NCBI GenBank assembly: GCA_964187785.1
Contig: OZ076409.1
Span: 10,728,001 to 10,792,000, forward strand
Direction: 5' to 3'
DNA length: 64,000 nucleotides
From: Amphiscolops sp. MND2022
Taxonomy: Eukaryota
The position numbers and the translations under genes are program-made. Numbering within the stretch: the stretch's first letter is position 1; the number at the start of each line of letters is the position of its first letter. Shown here in pieces: positions 13,150 through 27,616 of the stretch. Below the pieces are notes generated by a model. That model was not told the DNA's origin, searched no databases, and saw only the letters and a program-made list of their open reading frames with translations.

Positions 13150-14695
13150 AAAAACACTGACGGAAAGTCATGACTAGGAAAAGCGCCGACTGAAAAAATC
13201 AAGTTCTGGCAGTTGTTTGACAATTCAGTGAATTTTTAATAAAAGTTACCGAAATTTCGCAACATTCCAAAACTCTAAATTTTTTAATGAGGCATGCAGA
13301 TTGTTCTAAAAGAGAAATTTTTTAATTTCTATGTAAAATGCTTGTCAGAATGACCTAAAATAATCAAGGAATTCCAATTTGTTTTTTGAAATTTTTACAG
13401 ACTTTTTTGAAAGCCTTTCGAGCAATTTCACTTCAAGAACGACTGAAATCGATAATCAAAAGACGTTTTTGGAAGACATCTGCACTTGCTTAGAAAGGTA
13501 CCTCAATTGACCGAAAAAGTGTCAAAAAATCAAAGTTTTCCAGTTATAAAAAATTTGGTTGGTTAGGTTTTGGTATCCACACAGGCCGACAAAAAATAAA
13601 TAGGTGTTCAGTGTGTTTTCGAAATGGGACGACATTATTCAAAACAAACTTCAAACCGTTTTCATAGTGCGATGGCTACTCTTGAGCCTCAAAAATATGT
13701 CGTTGCTAAAACAGTTTGGACGGAAATTATCCTGCTGGTTTAGGGGGCGTCTTGTTTATTAATATATATAGAAACGAATTATTCCATCTCTTATGCGTTT
13801 TTTATACGGTTTTGCTTCTTACCATACATGAGCTGCCTTTGATGTTTCTCTATTTTTTTGTTATTGATATTTAATAGGTTATTTAATAGCACCTGTGACG
13901 ATTACCTGATGATTGAGGAAAACGAGAAAGACCTGTGTTCATTGATCACCTTGGGTAGGCTAAAATCCTATTTTATTCCCCCTTGAACAATAATTGCGAA
14001 TTTTGGCAACTTTCATCAGCTGAGTTTTCGTAAATCTGAAAAACCAACCGTCAAATTCAGACCCTGCCAAAATTAATTTAGCTTCTTTTCAAAGTAGGAG
14101 CGCTCCACCCTCCCATAAAGTCAAGAAAACATCTGGTTTTATCGGAATTATTCTGGAATTAAAGGCAATCTCGCCACAAATCTGTAGAAATGGGGCAGCC
14201 CTCAATTTTCACAAGATTATTTCTTTGAGAATATCACTTCCCAGTTTTATACTAGCCCTTCTAGGCACTGTAACCGTAATATTGCAACAGACATAAACAC
14301 ACCAATAGATACATACAATCCCTAAAATGGAAATCCAGTGAAGGATTTTATTAAGAAGCAATCAATGATTGAAAATTTTCAACCAATCATGAAAGAGGTA
14401 GTGTAAGTAACGGTGTTGGAACATTTGAATGGTTTTATGAATTCAGGAAACAAGCACTGTCTATTTTACTGTTCTAGAATTTGTCTTCTCACGACGCCAA
14501 ACTTGCAATTCAAAAGTTCACGTTCTTTTCATCTGAAACTTCGACACTGAAAGCATTGTTTGCTAGTGTCTCCGCCATTTCAACAACACAAGTCGCGGCT
14601 GGCTGAAAGCCGATATATTTGTCAATCAAATTTGATAGCTTACAAACTAGAATTGGTATAAACGAAAAGAGACCAGTTTTATAAGTCTCTTCTAA

Positions 14696-14893
14696 ATGGA
14701 TCCGAACAAATCGACCTCACTGTTCCAAAACGACTCTGCCGAGTTTGTCTCGGGAGATTCCAGAGTGGAAATTTCCAAGGGGTTGGAGTGGAAAATTCCA
14801 GTGGGAATAGTGCTGAGTATCATCAGTCTATGGACATCTGTGGGCAACGCTTTTGTTATTTACGCCATTCGCAAAACGAGAAGATTGAGAACA
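14696..14893 (+). CDS. First coding exon of a class A (rhodopsin-like), probably aminergic, GPCR: N-terminus, TM1, ICL1
   Basis: N-glycosylation sequons NKS and NDS; hydrophobic TM1 ending in GNAFVIYAI; ICL1 RRLRT; strong phase-0 donor GTAAGT at 14894. Confidence 0.85.
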
Positions 14894-16999
14894 GTAAGTT
14901 TAATTGGCGGCTCTTTTCTGTTTTACACCCACCGCCATTTTTTGGAAATTTTGTAAAAAAATACTATAACAAAAAGACAGAAAACTTCATTTTTAAATTT
15001 GTTTCAAAGGATGACAGTTTAGAATTGAGATACAAACTTTGTTCACGCTTTTTTTGCCATTCTGGATGAAGAAATCAACAGCTTCCCGTTTTGAGTCACA
15101 AACAACAATGAACACGAACATGGGGTGTTGTTAACAGAAAAAAGCCGAATTGGTTACTATACTATACTTGTTTATGCAGTAGGGTACCAAAAAATTAAAC
15201 ACAGTGGGTTTAATGTCAAAAATTTTTGAAAAGTAATTCTTCCTTTGATGTGCATGCGAAATGGAATTCTCGAGAGCAAAAACGTCTCAGATTTTAGGTT
15301 ATTTCCCTAGTTTTCAGAAATCCCAAACTTTGCGGAATTCAGCTAAAATTTTAAAGAAATCGCAAAATTTGCAAGTTTGTTTCAATGTCGGACTTTTCTT
15401 ACAAGATTGTGAATTGAAAAAAAATAAAGAAAATTAAATCAATTGAAATAGTATTTCAGTCAAATTGGAACTTTTTTCAAAAGGGTTGACTTCATATTTT
15501 CTATGACAATCAGTTGTTTTTGACAATTTACATTGTTTCTTTTAAGCGATACGCGGACGAAAAGCAGAAAACCACTAGTTTTGCAATTTCCTATATCCCC
15601 AAACTGAGGAGGTATATGTTATTTTCCCTCTTCATAGTTATATAAGAACATTGAGTTTGATTTCAAAAAAAAAGTTCAAAGCAGTATAATTTTTAACATG
15701 CTACTTTTTTTTCAGTTACGAGCTTCAATCTTTCTGCAAAAAAATCACCATTTCAACTTCTGTTTCAAAAACTTTTTTCGTTTGCAGTTCAGAATTTCAT
15801 TCAACTCATCTGTCGTTTCTTCCATTACCAAACATACAAGTCAGTAGGTGGTGTTTTCGAATGTTACAACCGCTCAAATTTCTCCGCTACCAAGGATTAC
15901 AGGCCGTGGCTTTCCATCCATGATTCATAGGTTCCATGATTCGTGGAAGGAAAGCCATAATGTCATGGAGAGATGATCATGGATTATAAATCATACAAAG
16001 CCCTTAACGTTGATACATTTTTAATAGAAGAGATGCTCTTAAGCAGCACTAAAACATAGAATTGGAGACCTGAAAATAGTAGCTGAAAATGAAAGGAAAT
16101 ATCAATTCTTACCAAACTTTGTTCTATGTAACCACGATGTTATGAATCCGATTCAACAAGTTGACTTGAAAAAACTTTTGGAAAGTTTCCCAGATTTTTT
16201 ATTTTGATATTATTCCATAATTTCACCAAAAATTTTCCCCGAAAAAAACTCGCTTCATTCGTACCCATTCTGATCGGAATTTGACGAAATGCATAAATTA
16301 TTACAGACTTGATTAAACCTTCCATGGATAACAAAACGAGAATGAGCCATGATAACCGGCAGGTGTTAGCACCTTAGAAGCATTATGAATGTTTCGACAC
16401 TGAAAGGTATACTAACAACAACAAGAACTCAACTATGAACATGATTGTTGTTGATTGGTGTGCATCGCCACAGGTCCATTTTTCGCCTCCATGGCGAAAT
16501 ACGTCCTATGAGGCAGTGAGGAAGGTCCCGTTTCGTCAGAATACTCATCAACATGTCCTTGTCTGCTAGTAACAACGGGTATCTTTTGGCACTCTAAAGA
16601 CCACCGTTTAATTAGCAATAAAAACATTGCCAAGAATAAAGTAAATTTCTATTTCCAACGTGACAGGAAGATAGCCTAAGATCTAAAACAGGCAAAAGAT
16701 AGCCCTCCACCTAAAAAACACAACTTCAAACAGTGGCTCAAAAATACAGCTAAAAACAGCGGAAATACATAATACAATCAAACTTTGAAACGGCAGACCC
16801 AACAGCTACAATCCATGTCTCCATGTACCAAATAAGGATTTTTAAGCGAAATGACTCACTTTTCGGTTTTTGGCTGCTTAAGCTACCTAATTAAAACCGG
16901 GTAAAAGAGTTTTTCAGAGGTTTTCTTGCAGTCTCTGTGTGCCCTCGGGCTCTCTCGATCTCTCGATTCTCGCCGTCTGCTTTCGTCCTTGTTCTGCAC

Positions 17000-18020
17000 C
17001 CCTAAGTTGCAAAAATCACAACTCTTGCAAAATTCTTACAAGAATTCTTGTAAGATCTTGTAAGAAAATGCATTTTTAGAATCTAACTCTTGCAAAAATC
17101 TAGCAAGATTTGCATTTTTCTGCTCAGAATGTTGCAAAAAATGCATAAACCCGACAATTTTTTACATTTCCTGCCTCAAAAAAATTGAACAGCTGCAAAA
17201 GAAAACTATCTGTACGCGAAAAATACACAATATCCCATATTAGAGCATCTAGATCTTATTTTATCGGAATGCCTTATTTGCATCATGAGCATTGTATGAT
17301 GGTATTGTTGTAACGCTTCGGTTTACAACATTACAGCCCTGCGAGGTGTCATTGCCTCTAAGAGAGCAATGTCCACCATTCTCAGCAGACTCCTGACTAG
17401 TTGAAATGGGCTGGGGAAGAAATGAAACCGATGGTTGAATTTGGCTGGAATTTTCAGGGTTTTTATAGTTTTGATTACGACATTGCACAGGTGGTTTTGT
17501 AGTATTTTTACTGATTTTCTCCATTACAGTAGCTGACAGCAGGTTCGGGTTAGAACCGTTAGAAAGCCCTTGAAATTTATTTTCATTTGGTACCATGTTC
17601 ATATTCCTATCATCATTAGCTGAAGAGTTCTCGGAGTTTTTGTCCGGAATTTCATAGCTGGAACACGTTATATTAATTTTTGGGGTAAAGTTGCATGTAA
17701 AGACTTCTTGCTCAATATTAACAATTTGGACTTTTTTGCTGGGATCCTGGGACAGTTTGTGCATTGTAAACGGCAACTGTGGCTGTTGTTGCTGGTAGTT
17801 TGATGATTTTTGAAATTTTGGTCGAAATAACACATTACATTTTTTGTAAGAATCTCTTACCAAAAAATGCATTTTTTGCAAAAATGTTATCAGAATCTTG
17901 TAACAAATATTCGACATTGTAACAAATTTGCAAACTTGTAGGATTCTTGTAAGAAATGCAAAGTTGACGAGAATTTCGTCGGAAGAATTTTGCAAGATTT
18001 GTGATTCTTGTAACATAGGG
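17000..18020. mobile_element. CCC-ended CMC/EnSpm-like non-autonomous element with an internal ORF
   Basis: TIR CCCTAAGTTGCAAAAATCACAA...TTGTGATTCTTGTAACATAGGG; 2-bp TSD AC; subterminal TCTTGCAA/TCTTGTAAG repeats. Confidence 0.8.
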
Positions 18021-18319
18021 ACTCAAAATGACGGAAACAGCGGAAGACCAATCACATTTGATTTAATTAAAACTGATTAACTGAATTTAATAACATACAA
18101 TATGACATACATTTGGTACATGGCAAATTTAGTGAGAAAACGCTAATAAGATACTTGGGAAAATTTTCTTTTCCAAAATAAAATAAGGGCGAAATATAAA
18201 ATTGCTTTTTTAGTTATCAGTCCTCGACGACATCAAGGTGATTCAAACTATTTATATGGTACCAAATAACAAGTTAGGAAAAAACTAATTTGCCTTTGCG
18301 AAAAATTAAAAATTTTCAT

Positions 18320-18665
18320 AAAGTATTTGGTAAAAAAAGTCGCATAATGCCGAAAAACCCAAAAAGAGGCTAATTAAACGTTTTTACAAACCGACAACTT
18401 CAAAAAAATCAATGGGGTACCCTCCGATAGAATTCAAAAATTTTCGGAAAAAAAGTCGTATAGTGCCGAAAAAACCCAAACGGGGGACATTAAAAAACTT
18501 TAGTGCGAGACTCGAACCCTACGCTCTCCTTCTGAAAGTCTGAAGCTTCTGAAAGTCTGAACAGAAAAAGTCTGAATGAACAGAAAAAGTGGACCGATCG
18601 CGTTGAACTGACGAAAAAAACTAGCCATTGTAAGAGTCGTGCATTTTCTTCGAAAACGCCGACTA
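18320..18665 (-). mobile_element. Partial DINE-1/Helentron-like repeat
   Basis: Internal AGTCGCATAATGCCGAAAAA repeats; ends in CGCCGACTA. Left boundary approximate. Confidence 0.5.
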
Positions 18666-19629
18666 AATTCAAGTAGGAGCATTGCATTTCGGTCTTTTCT
18701 ACCAGGACTGTACAAAGTTGTAAGTTACATATGGGACAATCGAAAACGAACTTTACGTATCCTAGACTATTTCATGTAAACTATTCGTTCGAACAAAATT
18801 TTTTGTTCCTCGCAGAAATGGGACAAAAATTTCATATATATATATGGCCACAAAGAAAGCAAAAACATCTATTTTACCTCATTCCTAATTTTACCAATTC
18901 GACTTTAGATAATTTAGTGGCAATTTTCGATTCTAAATAAATTCCTATTAATTTAGAACTTCTAATTAACAAAGTTCTTACATATCATGTTTGCTCGCCG
19001 AAATTAGTCAGCTTTATTCTGGTAGAGTTTAGGGGGTTACCGAATAGTTTTGTTGGTTTGCTATTATTTCAGCTTCGATTTCAATCAATGAAAAATTTAG
19101 GTAGTCGAAACTGGAGTATTCGATGCCATTTGCTAAATCAGTTCATCCGTTGTTTTGCGAACCTAATTGCGGATCCTTTTTATTTGTTCATTAGAAGAGT
19201 TTATGTACTTTTCGTTGGTATCAAAATAGAAGGCTATTGTATTTTTGTGAGATTTCAAGGGTGAAGGATGTTTCGACAACTTGAAATAGCCTCTAAGTTT
19301 GAGAAATAAAAACCAATTATTTACATATAAGTTCATGAAAAGTCTGATCTCTTGTCTTTGGTTAATTGCCCTCCGAGAGATATAATTAGGCGAAGCATTA
19401 ACTGGCTTGGTGTAAAATTGTCATCAAGTTTTTCTTTCTCGAATTTCCTTGGAAAAGGTCGTTGGATCTATGAAATTCTATGAAATATTCCAAAAAATGT
19501 ACGCTAAAAGGTAGAATCAACTGCCCAAAAACCAACCCTCGAGATCATATGTGTATTTCTAGTAACATTAATCTCGTAAAAAGTAGAACTACCCTTCGGC
19601 TTCCATGAGATTTTTCGGAAAGAAGCAAG

Positions 19630-19984
19630 TTTTCGACATTTCGGTTTTTTCGGCACTGTGCGACTTTTCTTCGAAAAATTTTCATCTGGTCAACTGATGC
19701 CCACTTCACTTTCATAAATTATTTCACCGTGAAAAAAAGAGTTTTGCGAGAGAATTTTCCGAGAAAAAATTTTTGAAATAAATTTCATTTTCGAAAAAAA
19801 AATGTTTTTTTTATGTTTTCAGTTGAGAAAAAGCGGTTTTCGAGTCATACGGATATCAACCTTCGGGTTTTTTTCCGGCACTGTAATTTTGGTAAAATTT
19901 TCACAATAGTGCCCAGTTGCATATTTAAGAAACTTGTTTTTTTGAACCTTGAGCAGGGCGCCAACTTGGACCGTTTCCGGCTTG
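19630..19984 (+). mobile_element. Partial DINE-1/Helentron-like repeat
   Basis: Ends GGCGCCAACTTGGACCGTTTCCGGCTTG-TTT. Left boundary approximate. Confidence 0.5.
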
Positions 19985-20489
19985 TTTCACTCCGTACTTT
20001 CCATATCCTGAGTTCATGCGCTTGGTGCGAGGTTTACCTGTTGACATGAAGTTTCAGTAAATAGAATTGATGATGTCGAAACTTGATCATTCAAATATTA
20101 ACATTTTTCCCACAGAAATGACAGTGCAAAGTAAGAATGGAAGATATTGATTCAATTTGACATTAAACAAACTCGATTTTTAAATAGAACCATTTTCAGT
20201 AGCTGCCTACACGTTAATGGGTACTCAAGATGAAATTGTTAGTCTGATTACATAGTTTGAACTAAAATTTCAATATAAGGGCTTCGGTTTTCAGCTTCTG
20301 CAAACTATGTTTGCAATTTGAACCGAATCCGACATTTTCGGATGTGATTTCCGTTTTTTCTTAGACCTTGTTCCAGTGGTTTTTTCGGTAATTTTAGATC
20401 GTATTCTAGAGGTTCTTCCTGTTGTTTTAGATCTTATTTTAATGTTTTCGATATTTTCAGATGTCATTACTCTGGTTTCCTTCGTTTTC

Positions 20490-20672
20490 CATATGATTCA
20501 ATCCGATTTCATGCCTACAATTATATAATTCCATACGATTCCATGCATGGAACCATATGATTCCATGCGATTCCATGCATGGAACCATATGATTCCATGC
20601 GATTCCATGAAATTATCGTACAGTAGCATATGGTTCCATGCATGGAATCGCATGGAAGACTTATGAATTTGG
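20490..20672. repeat. Short ATTCCATGC(ATGGAA) tandem and inverted repeat cluster, possible MITE remnant
   Basis: Repeated GATTCCATGC units with inverted copies; weak terminal IR. Confidence 0.4.
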
Positions 20673-23261
20673 ATCCGGGTTATGATATAACTTGAGCCGG
20701 TCGCGATAATCACTAATTGAACTGAGTCGCGATGATTGCAGCTTTCCCTTGCGGAACCTTTTCCCTATCAATTTGAAAATTTAGATTGTTTTCAAGACAA
20801 ACTTAAAGGCGCCTTGTCGGAAAGAACGTCAGTTTTATCAATTTATCAAATCCGGAAATACGTCATTCTCTCAAATTGATCACAAATCTAATAACAACTT
20901 TCCCTACATAGGAAAATTAAGTTGTTTTCGAACCATTCAGGAATGTCATATTCTCATTACAAGCAAATAGTTCCTTAGCTTTTCAAAAACGAAACTCATG
21001 TTAAATACCAATCATTTTAAGCAGTGAACATATCAATCATTTTCGTGGAAAGGTTCCAAGCTTGGATTTGCTTTGGATAAAAGAGTGTTCACTGTTTTCA
21101 CGTCAATGCTTCAGACATTTGAGCAGCAAAATTTTGAATTGATCTCTTTTGAAAGTAAACGTAGTTGTTCGTTTGGAGTTGGAACTATAAAGCTTCTGCT
21201 TTGAGTGATAGTTATTACAACGAGAAAGCTATATGTTATTGAAATTTGAGCCCAAGAATTCAATGTACCATGGGAAGAGAATCCCGCTCCATATCGAAAA
21301 GCACAAAGTTTTCGAGATATGATCTTTTTTGAGTGAAACGTCGAAAGTTGTGAGTCTTAGAATACAAAGTGACACACTGGGAACCTGATTGATTTGAATC
21401 GACTGTAAATACCAAAAAATAAGTTTCAGGGTCCTAAAACAGAGACCATCGAATAATTAAAAATCAATTTCATTTGGGAAATGGATGCGAAGACACTCCG
21501 AAAAAAACGCAATATAATCAATGACGCTACCATGAATATATATTTTTCATTACAAGTTCCGAATAAGGAATCTTTTGTCACCCTAGTCGAATCTGCCTGA
21601 CCTTTTCCATGCTATATTCATGTATCCAGACTATTTTAAAAAACATGAAAATTTCATAGACCTGCATGGAGAAAGTTTGTAAAACTTCACAAGCAGTTTC
21701 TAAAAATCTGAAAGCATATCCATGGACTTTGGAAGAACTTCCAAGCAGATTACATATTTTTTTGAGGAAGCAAGAACGCAAAACATCCAACCTCCTAAAA
21801 AACTTGGAAAATTTGTTCAAACGATTTTCTTCATTTTAGAACCCATTGTGAAAAAAATGAAAAAAAATGATTGAATCAAAACAAAAACTGACAAGTAGCA
21901 GTTCGGAATTCTCCATTTTTTAAATTATTATTTTTTAAGCTCTCAAGGTCAAAACTGCTTCCGCTAGAACTGCCGCAACGTCTGAAGCACTCTAATTTCA
22001 AGCGCACTCGTTGCGTTTTTTGCATTCTTTTCTCAAAGTCCTTGAAAACTCTGTTCACTTGAAACTATTTAACCTTTTCAAGTTGATTTTTCGGATGTTG
22101 TATATTCAGTTTTTGAAACTTTCTTGGTTTTTCAAAATTGTTCACTACGCCATGATATCACTGGAGTGTAATCCATACAAAGTAGATCTTATGTGGAAAC
22201 TCTTTTTCGGAAAAGTTGAAATACCACAGAATTCCCGACACTATTGGAAAAACTTAAGGAAACATTTCAACGATGTTTGCTAGCAGTTTCAACATTTCGA
22301 ATATAAAGTGAATTCTAAGAGCTTCTCCATTAGGACAGTGTGAAATAGCATCTATGTTGATGCTAATGAAGTTTTCTTTAATTTCCTGTGAACGGCATTT
22401 GCTGAAGTACAAAAACTTCCGCAGTACAATTGGAAAGCCATTAATCACATCCCGACTCGGCTCAATTTTCAGCTAAATTTCCAGGCCATTTTATCGATTT
22501 CCTTTCCAGCGTAACTCAATTAGAACCCTCAACAAAGCTGCTAATAAGATGGTTAAGGAAGTATAGTATAGATCTTAATGTGAAGAAAACAAGGCGTGAA
22601 AAATGTTAAATGGGCATTTATTCAAATGGAAGTAACACAATTCAAACACAAAAACTGTTAGAACGGAAATTCCTAATTGGTAAAATGTCCAAGCTGACAT
22701 TTTGTCGGAAATTCGAGTTCAGGAGCATTTTTATGGGCTTTGTTTTCCTTCGTTGCTCAGCGAATAATTTTCAGAATTTCTTCGAACTTCTTTTTGGATC
22801 AACATTAACCATAGTACCAAAAAAACTAAAGACGCTCGATTTGGCTGGCAAAAACTTCAAAATCGCAATAAATTTTCACATGATCAATTGCCACTAAAGT
22901 CCAAAAAGTAAAAAGTAACTGTTTTCTCTTTTTTTTTCAACTGATGTATAAATGTATATCCTCCTTCATTCATGGGACAAAAATTCTTAGTTCAAGATTA
23001 GAATGATTTTGAGAGACTCGCAGAACGCAGCAATGCTTTGAGACGTCTATTAGGAGTTAAAAAAGTTGAAACATCTGTGACGAAGAGAGTTTATTTCTTT
23101 AATTCTGCACCGAGGTTGGGCGACAATTCGTCCCCAGTGACAATTCGTCCCATCTGTAAAAAGCGACAATTCGTCCCATCTGTAAAAAGCGACAATTCGT
23201 CCCAAATTGTTTAATTGATCAGCTAATTACCAATTTATTGAAGACTGAAATTGAAGGATTG

Positions 23262-24326
23262 CCCGGGTTGACCCTCCATGGATTGCTTAGTAAGATCTTT
23301 ACAAGATCTTGGTAAGATATTGGAACAATCTTGGCTAAGATCTTGTCGAGAGCTTATCATGGTATTCATTTTGTCATGGTTAGATCTTATCAAGAGAGCC
23401 ATGTTCCCAAGAAAAATCTTTTGTGAAACCCTATCCGGTCAGAAAAAAATTGAAAGAAAGTCAACAAAAATCAGCATCTAAGCAAATTTACATTGTTAGA
23501 CACGACAATTTTCTGTTAGCGGGGTATAAAATTATATTGAAGTGTCCCTATGCCGTATATCTAGGGAGGCACTGATTAAATTGATTTATCAATTGCAAAA
23601 CAGTCACTGTTTTGCAATTGATAAATCAATTTAATCAGTGCCTCCCTAGATGATTCAGCTGAGGATTTTCCGACGCCGTTGTTGGCGACGGTCGCCAACA
23701 ACGGCGTCGGAAAATCCTCAGCTGAATCATTACCCAAACCGTGCCAATGACCGCCGTTACCAGCAGTAGTAGGGCTGCTGAAACAGACTCAAAAAGAGCT
23801 GGAAATATCACTACAAAAATTTCTAGAATTTAAGTGTTCCCTGTGTAACTTTCTGATAGCGGCTCTAGACAATTCAGAGCATTTTTCTCCGTCTCTGGAA
23901 TCGACATGAGTGATAAGTTACAAGTTGTCAAAACCCCTTGAAAATAGATTTCAATTAGTGAATTCGCATTTCTCAGTCTTAAACAGGTGAGTAGTTATTA
24001 GGATTCTCGTCAGAATTTCGGAAGCCAGAATACGTTATCATAATTTTTTGCACGCTTCTTTGCATGCAAATTTGTTTCAGCAAGTAGAAGCATTTTGATT
24101 ATGAAAACGAGTAGAAGTAGTCGTTATCGGGTGAAATGAGCCTTTATATTGAATCTCGGCTGCCTGTGCCGAAAGTATAGTTCTTTTTATAACTTTTGAC
24201 TTTTGTCCATCGTTGTAAGAAACGATCTTGGAATAATGTGTTATCTTTGTAAGATCTTAATAATCTAAGATGTAGTAAGAATTTGGCAAGATCTTGCCAA
24301 GATGCTAGTAAGAGGGTCAACCCTGG
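23262..24326. mobile_element. Nested CCC-ended CMC/EnSpm-like element
   Basis: TIR CCCGGGTTGACCCTC / GAGGGTCAACCCTGG; 2-bp TSD TG; subterminal AAGATCTT repeats. Confidence 0.7.
23559..23730. repeat. Two abutting perfect palindromes
   Basis: 23559-23651 (46-bp arms, centre 23605) and 23650-23730 (40-bp arms, centre 23690), each with a single central base. Confidence 0.95.
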
Positions 24327-24653
24327 TGAACAAATAGTTCTAAAAGTAGAAATTATTGAGTATTGCATTTTACGTACTCGTCTCGAAATACCAAAGAATG
24401 TGAAAGAAGAATTTCCGCTTTGCCATAATTGGTGTTAATTGTTGGTACCTGCCTCTAAACGTAATAAAATTTAAGGATTAATTAGTACAAAGGTATAAAT
24501 AGGCAATTAAAATGGAGATGATTTGTAGTTTTTAGAAATTGGGACGAAAAGTAGCCTTTTCAAAATGGGACGAATTGACGCTTGTGACGAGTTGTCGCCT
24601 TTTGGAATTTGGGACGAACCGTCGCTTGGGGCGAATTTTTGCTTTTCGCTGTA

Positions 24654-24890
24654 CCGAATAAGCAGTTCTGCTTTTTCAAGTTGGCGCTATGGTACCCTAT
24701 TTGCAGCTAAGTTGCCGAGCAATGGTGGACTTGAAGCTGCGGTTTCACAGTGAATTGCGTTATTCTTTGTCACTGACCATAACACTAAAGGTATGAAGGA
24801 GTTGCTTTAGGCGCAACAATAATGAGTCGAGAGAGATTCGAACCTGATACCGCCCCAGTACATGCTGAATGCTCTAACCACTACATCATG
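24654..24890 (-). mobile_element. tRNA-derived SINE (second copy, internally deleted)
   Basis: Colinear similarity with 7150-7489, including GAGAGATTCGAACCTGATACCGCCCCAG. Confidence 0.7.
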
Positions 24891-27616
24891 TGGAAAAGAT
24901 AGATGAATTTCGAGAAATTCATAGGGATCTTTGCATTTGCAAAAATAAGAATCAAGAAACAGTTATCATGTTTACATTGAACGTTATCGGACATGAAATT
25001 GCTATAACTTATTTAACACAACGATTCGGTCCTTTTTCAGTGTAATAACGCAGATGAGTTCGACGTAAACTGAAATGCTTCAAGCGAGTTGCAAATTTGT
25101 ATATTGTTCAGTAACAAAATGACGCCGATTGCAGTAAGATCTTAGCAACATCGTGTTAATCTTGGACCTATTACTGCGATTCGTACTGCGGACACTGATA
25201 CGAAATGCACTTCTAAGATTCCCCGTACAGCAAACAAAACAGAGTATCAATTACTTCGTTTTTATTCTAACACTCTAGGGTTTTAAAAGAAGTCACTGTT
25301 TCTAAAAACGTTCCAACCATATCATCAAAAATCAACTATATAATACTTACACAAAAATTATTTTCGTGTCACAAAAATCTCTAGAAGCTGTTCTTTGTAA
25401 AACTCAACAAACCCTAGTCCACTGCAATTCATGCGTCGTGTAACATACTGATTATCCGCAAAAATACTTTTTGGTGTCAAAATTGAAAAATTCGGTACCA
25501 AGTATTTGATCAGTGTACAATTTAACCCGATTAGTTTCGGTTCTTACTTCCCTCACGCTTCCGGCCAAATTTCCGCTCGATGCACGGCCAAGTGTTGTAG
25601 ATTATAGCCCATTGAAATTGAGCAATTGAGAGAGTATTGATTGGGGATAAGGCAAATTTTGCGATGTCTTTAATTTCATTAACGTCCATAATGCTGAATA
25701 ATCAGGAAGGATTTACAGGAAATGCAGCGAATATTGTTTGAAATCGAATTATTTCCGCTTCTTTCCTATCTTCTTGCCCCGTTTGATCCCAAGAGTCTTT
25801 AATATCTCCCGCCAAATTCGGGTTTCTTATCGAAATCTCATAGTCGCCTTAGGGTTTTGCGTTCACTACTTGTGTAACCGAGCCGAACTAAGATGGTTAC
25901 TGCATTTCACTTTTTGAGCTAGAAATGTTTTTGACAGATAAACTCACTCGAACATTTCGAATCTAACCATACAATTTTTTCTCCAAAATATTATATATTG
26001 TATTAGTATGGGCCTATTTTAAGTTGTTAAAATTCAAAAATCGTATTTTAATACATGTATTTTCGGAAAAACCTTATTTCAGACCATATTTTTTCTTAGA
26101 TTTTAGAATGATTTTTAAATCAAAACATATCAGAGGCCTCAGTAAAATCTGGAGGGGGTATCGATTGTACATAAAATTTCTCAAAAAGTTTGAGCGGATG
26201 TCGAACAAAAGTGAGAAAAACATCTTATTTCGACATAAGTTTGTGTGAAAATGGCCTTTTTCAACTTTTGCAATTTTCATCGCATAACTTTCAAACGAAC
26301 ATATTTGTAGACTAGATAAAAATCTGAGAAACATTTATTTTAACCATTTTAAAAAATCACTGCCGTTTTCGAAATATTTGATATTGAGATTGACCATATG
26401 CTGCTTTAAAAATATTACTACTGTGGAGTCACAACACAAATTGGAATCTAACAAGCGTAAAGTGTCAAATTTGAGGAGTAATGAAAATAATTTCAGGTAA
26501 GTCGACAGTTATTGGTTTGTCTCAATAGAATCTTGGTGGATTCTGAACTTGATCATTCATTCAATTTGTTCAACGCTATTGCGCAATAAAGCGGTCAATC
26601 ATAGAACTTTCGAAAGATAATAATAACGCAGCTTGTTTGACAGTTCAGCCGAAGCTTCTAAACAGAACTCAGCTGGTTGATAACCGGGGGTTCAGTATAA
26701 GGACATAGGAACAAGTAAGTCAAAACATATTTGTTTTCAAATTTTCGTACAGGTGGCTTTCTCCATGAATTTTTGAAATTATAGCAACAAAACGATAGAA
26801 TAATAAAAGTTATGTCTTTCAACATTATATTATGTCTTGAAGAATATTTCAAATTTCGATTAATTTCTCTGTAGACCCATTTAAGAATTGGATATTTAGG
26901 TTAAAAAATTGTTGGCATTTTCTTTCAGGTTTCCATTACCAATTTGATTCGAGTCTTTCAATTTTCCAGAAAAAAACACTTCAACGTTAACGTTTCAACA
27001 CAAAAGCTGAGTATGTGCGAATCAATTTTATGCAAAAACTTGACAATAGAATTAACTTTTACAACAACGAATCTCGGGAAAAAAGAGCTTCAATATATTT
27101 TTCAAAGCCATTCCGTTCGTTATTCGTGGAACGCTGTCATTTGCAAGTTATTGAATACATTAACGTAATGCAGAATAAATCAATTAGATGAACTTTTGAG
27201 AACCACTTTGGATGATTGATGTGTACTTTATCAAAAAGGTTGTTCACTTTAAAATGAAGACCTGTTATCTGTTGAAAACGAAGCGAGTTCATTATTAAAA
27301 TTAACGAATAGCTTTACTAATTCAAAACAGCCACCATCATACGATGTGCCAAATGGCACAGCTTTTCCAACTTTTCTTGTACTTGAACGAAGTCAAAAAC
27401 TTGAGGGCCTTCCTTCTTTTCGGAGGTTATTTTTTGTTGTAAAAATTTTCGTGAACTTCAAGCTATACTTTTTTGGCAAGATCTGAAGTAACGCTTGCGG
27501 CATCTAATATCAAGATCGAAAGCATTTCATCATAATCGATGACAGTTCTAGCTTTGTGCAAGCCTCGGAGATCAATTAGAAAAAATGATTAAAGAAAAAA
27601 ACCTGGAGCCTGTTTT

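Larger units (their letters stand above)
23114..24648. mobile_element. Mutator-like MITE carrying a nested insertion
   Basis: Inverted GCGACAATTCGTCCC / GGGACGAA arrays; 9-bp TSD with one mismatch (CTGCACCGA 23105-23113, CTGTACCGA 24649-24657). Confidence 0.7.

Noticed and set aside
16433..16633. 66-aa minus-strand ORF
   Set aside because: Short, no recognisable motif and no supporting splice structure.
26929..27168. Possible GPCR exon 2 after TTTCAG (VSITNLIRVF...)
   Set aside because: No TM2 SLA.AD motif and no hydrophobic helix.
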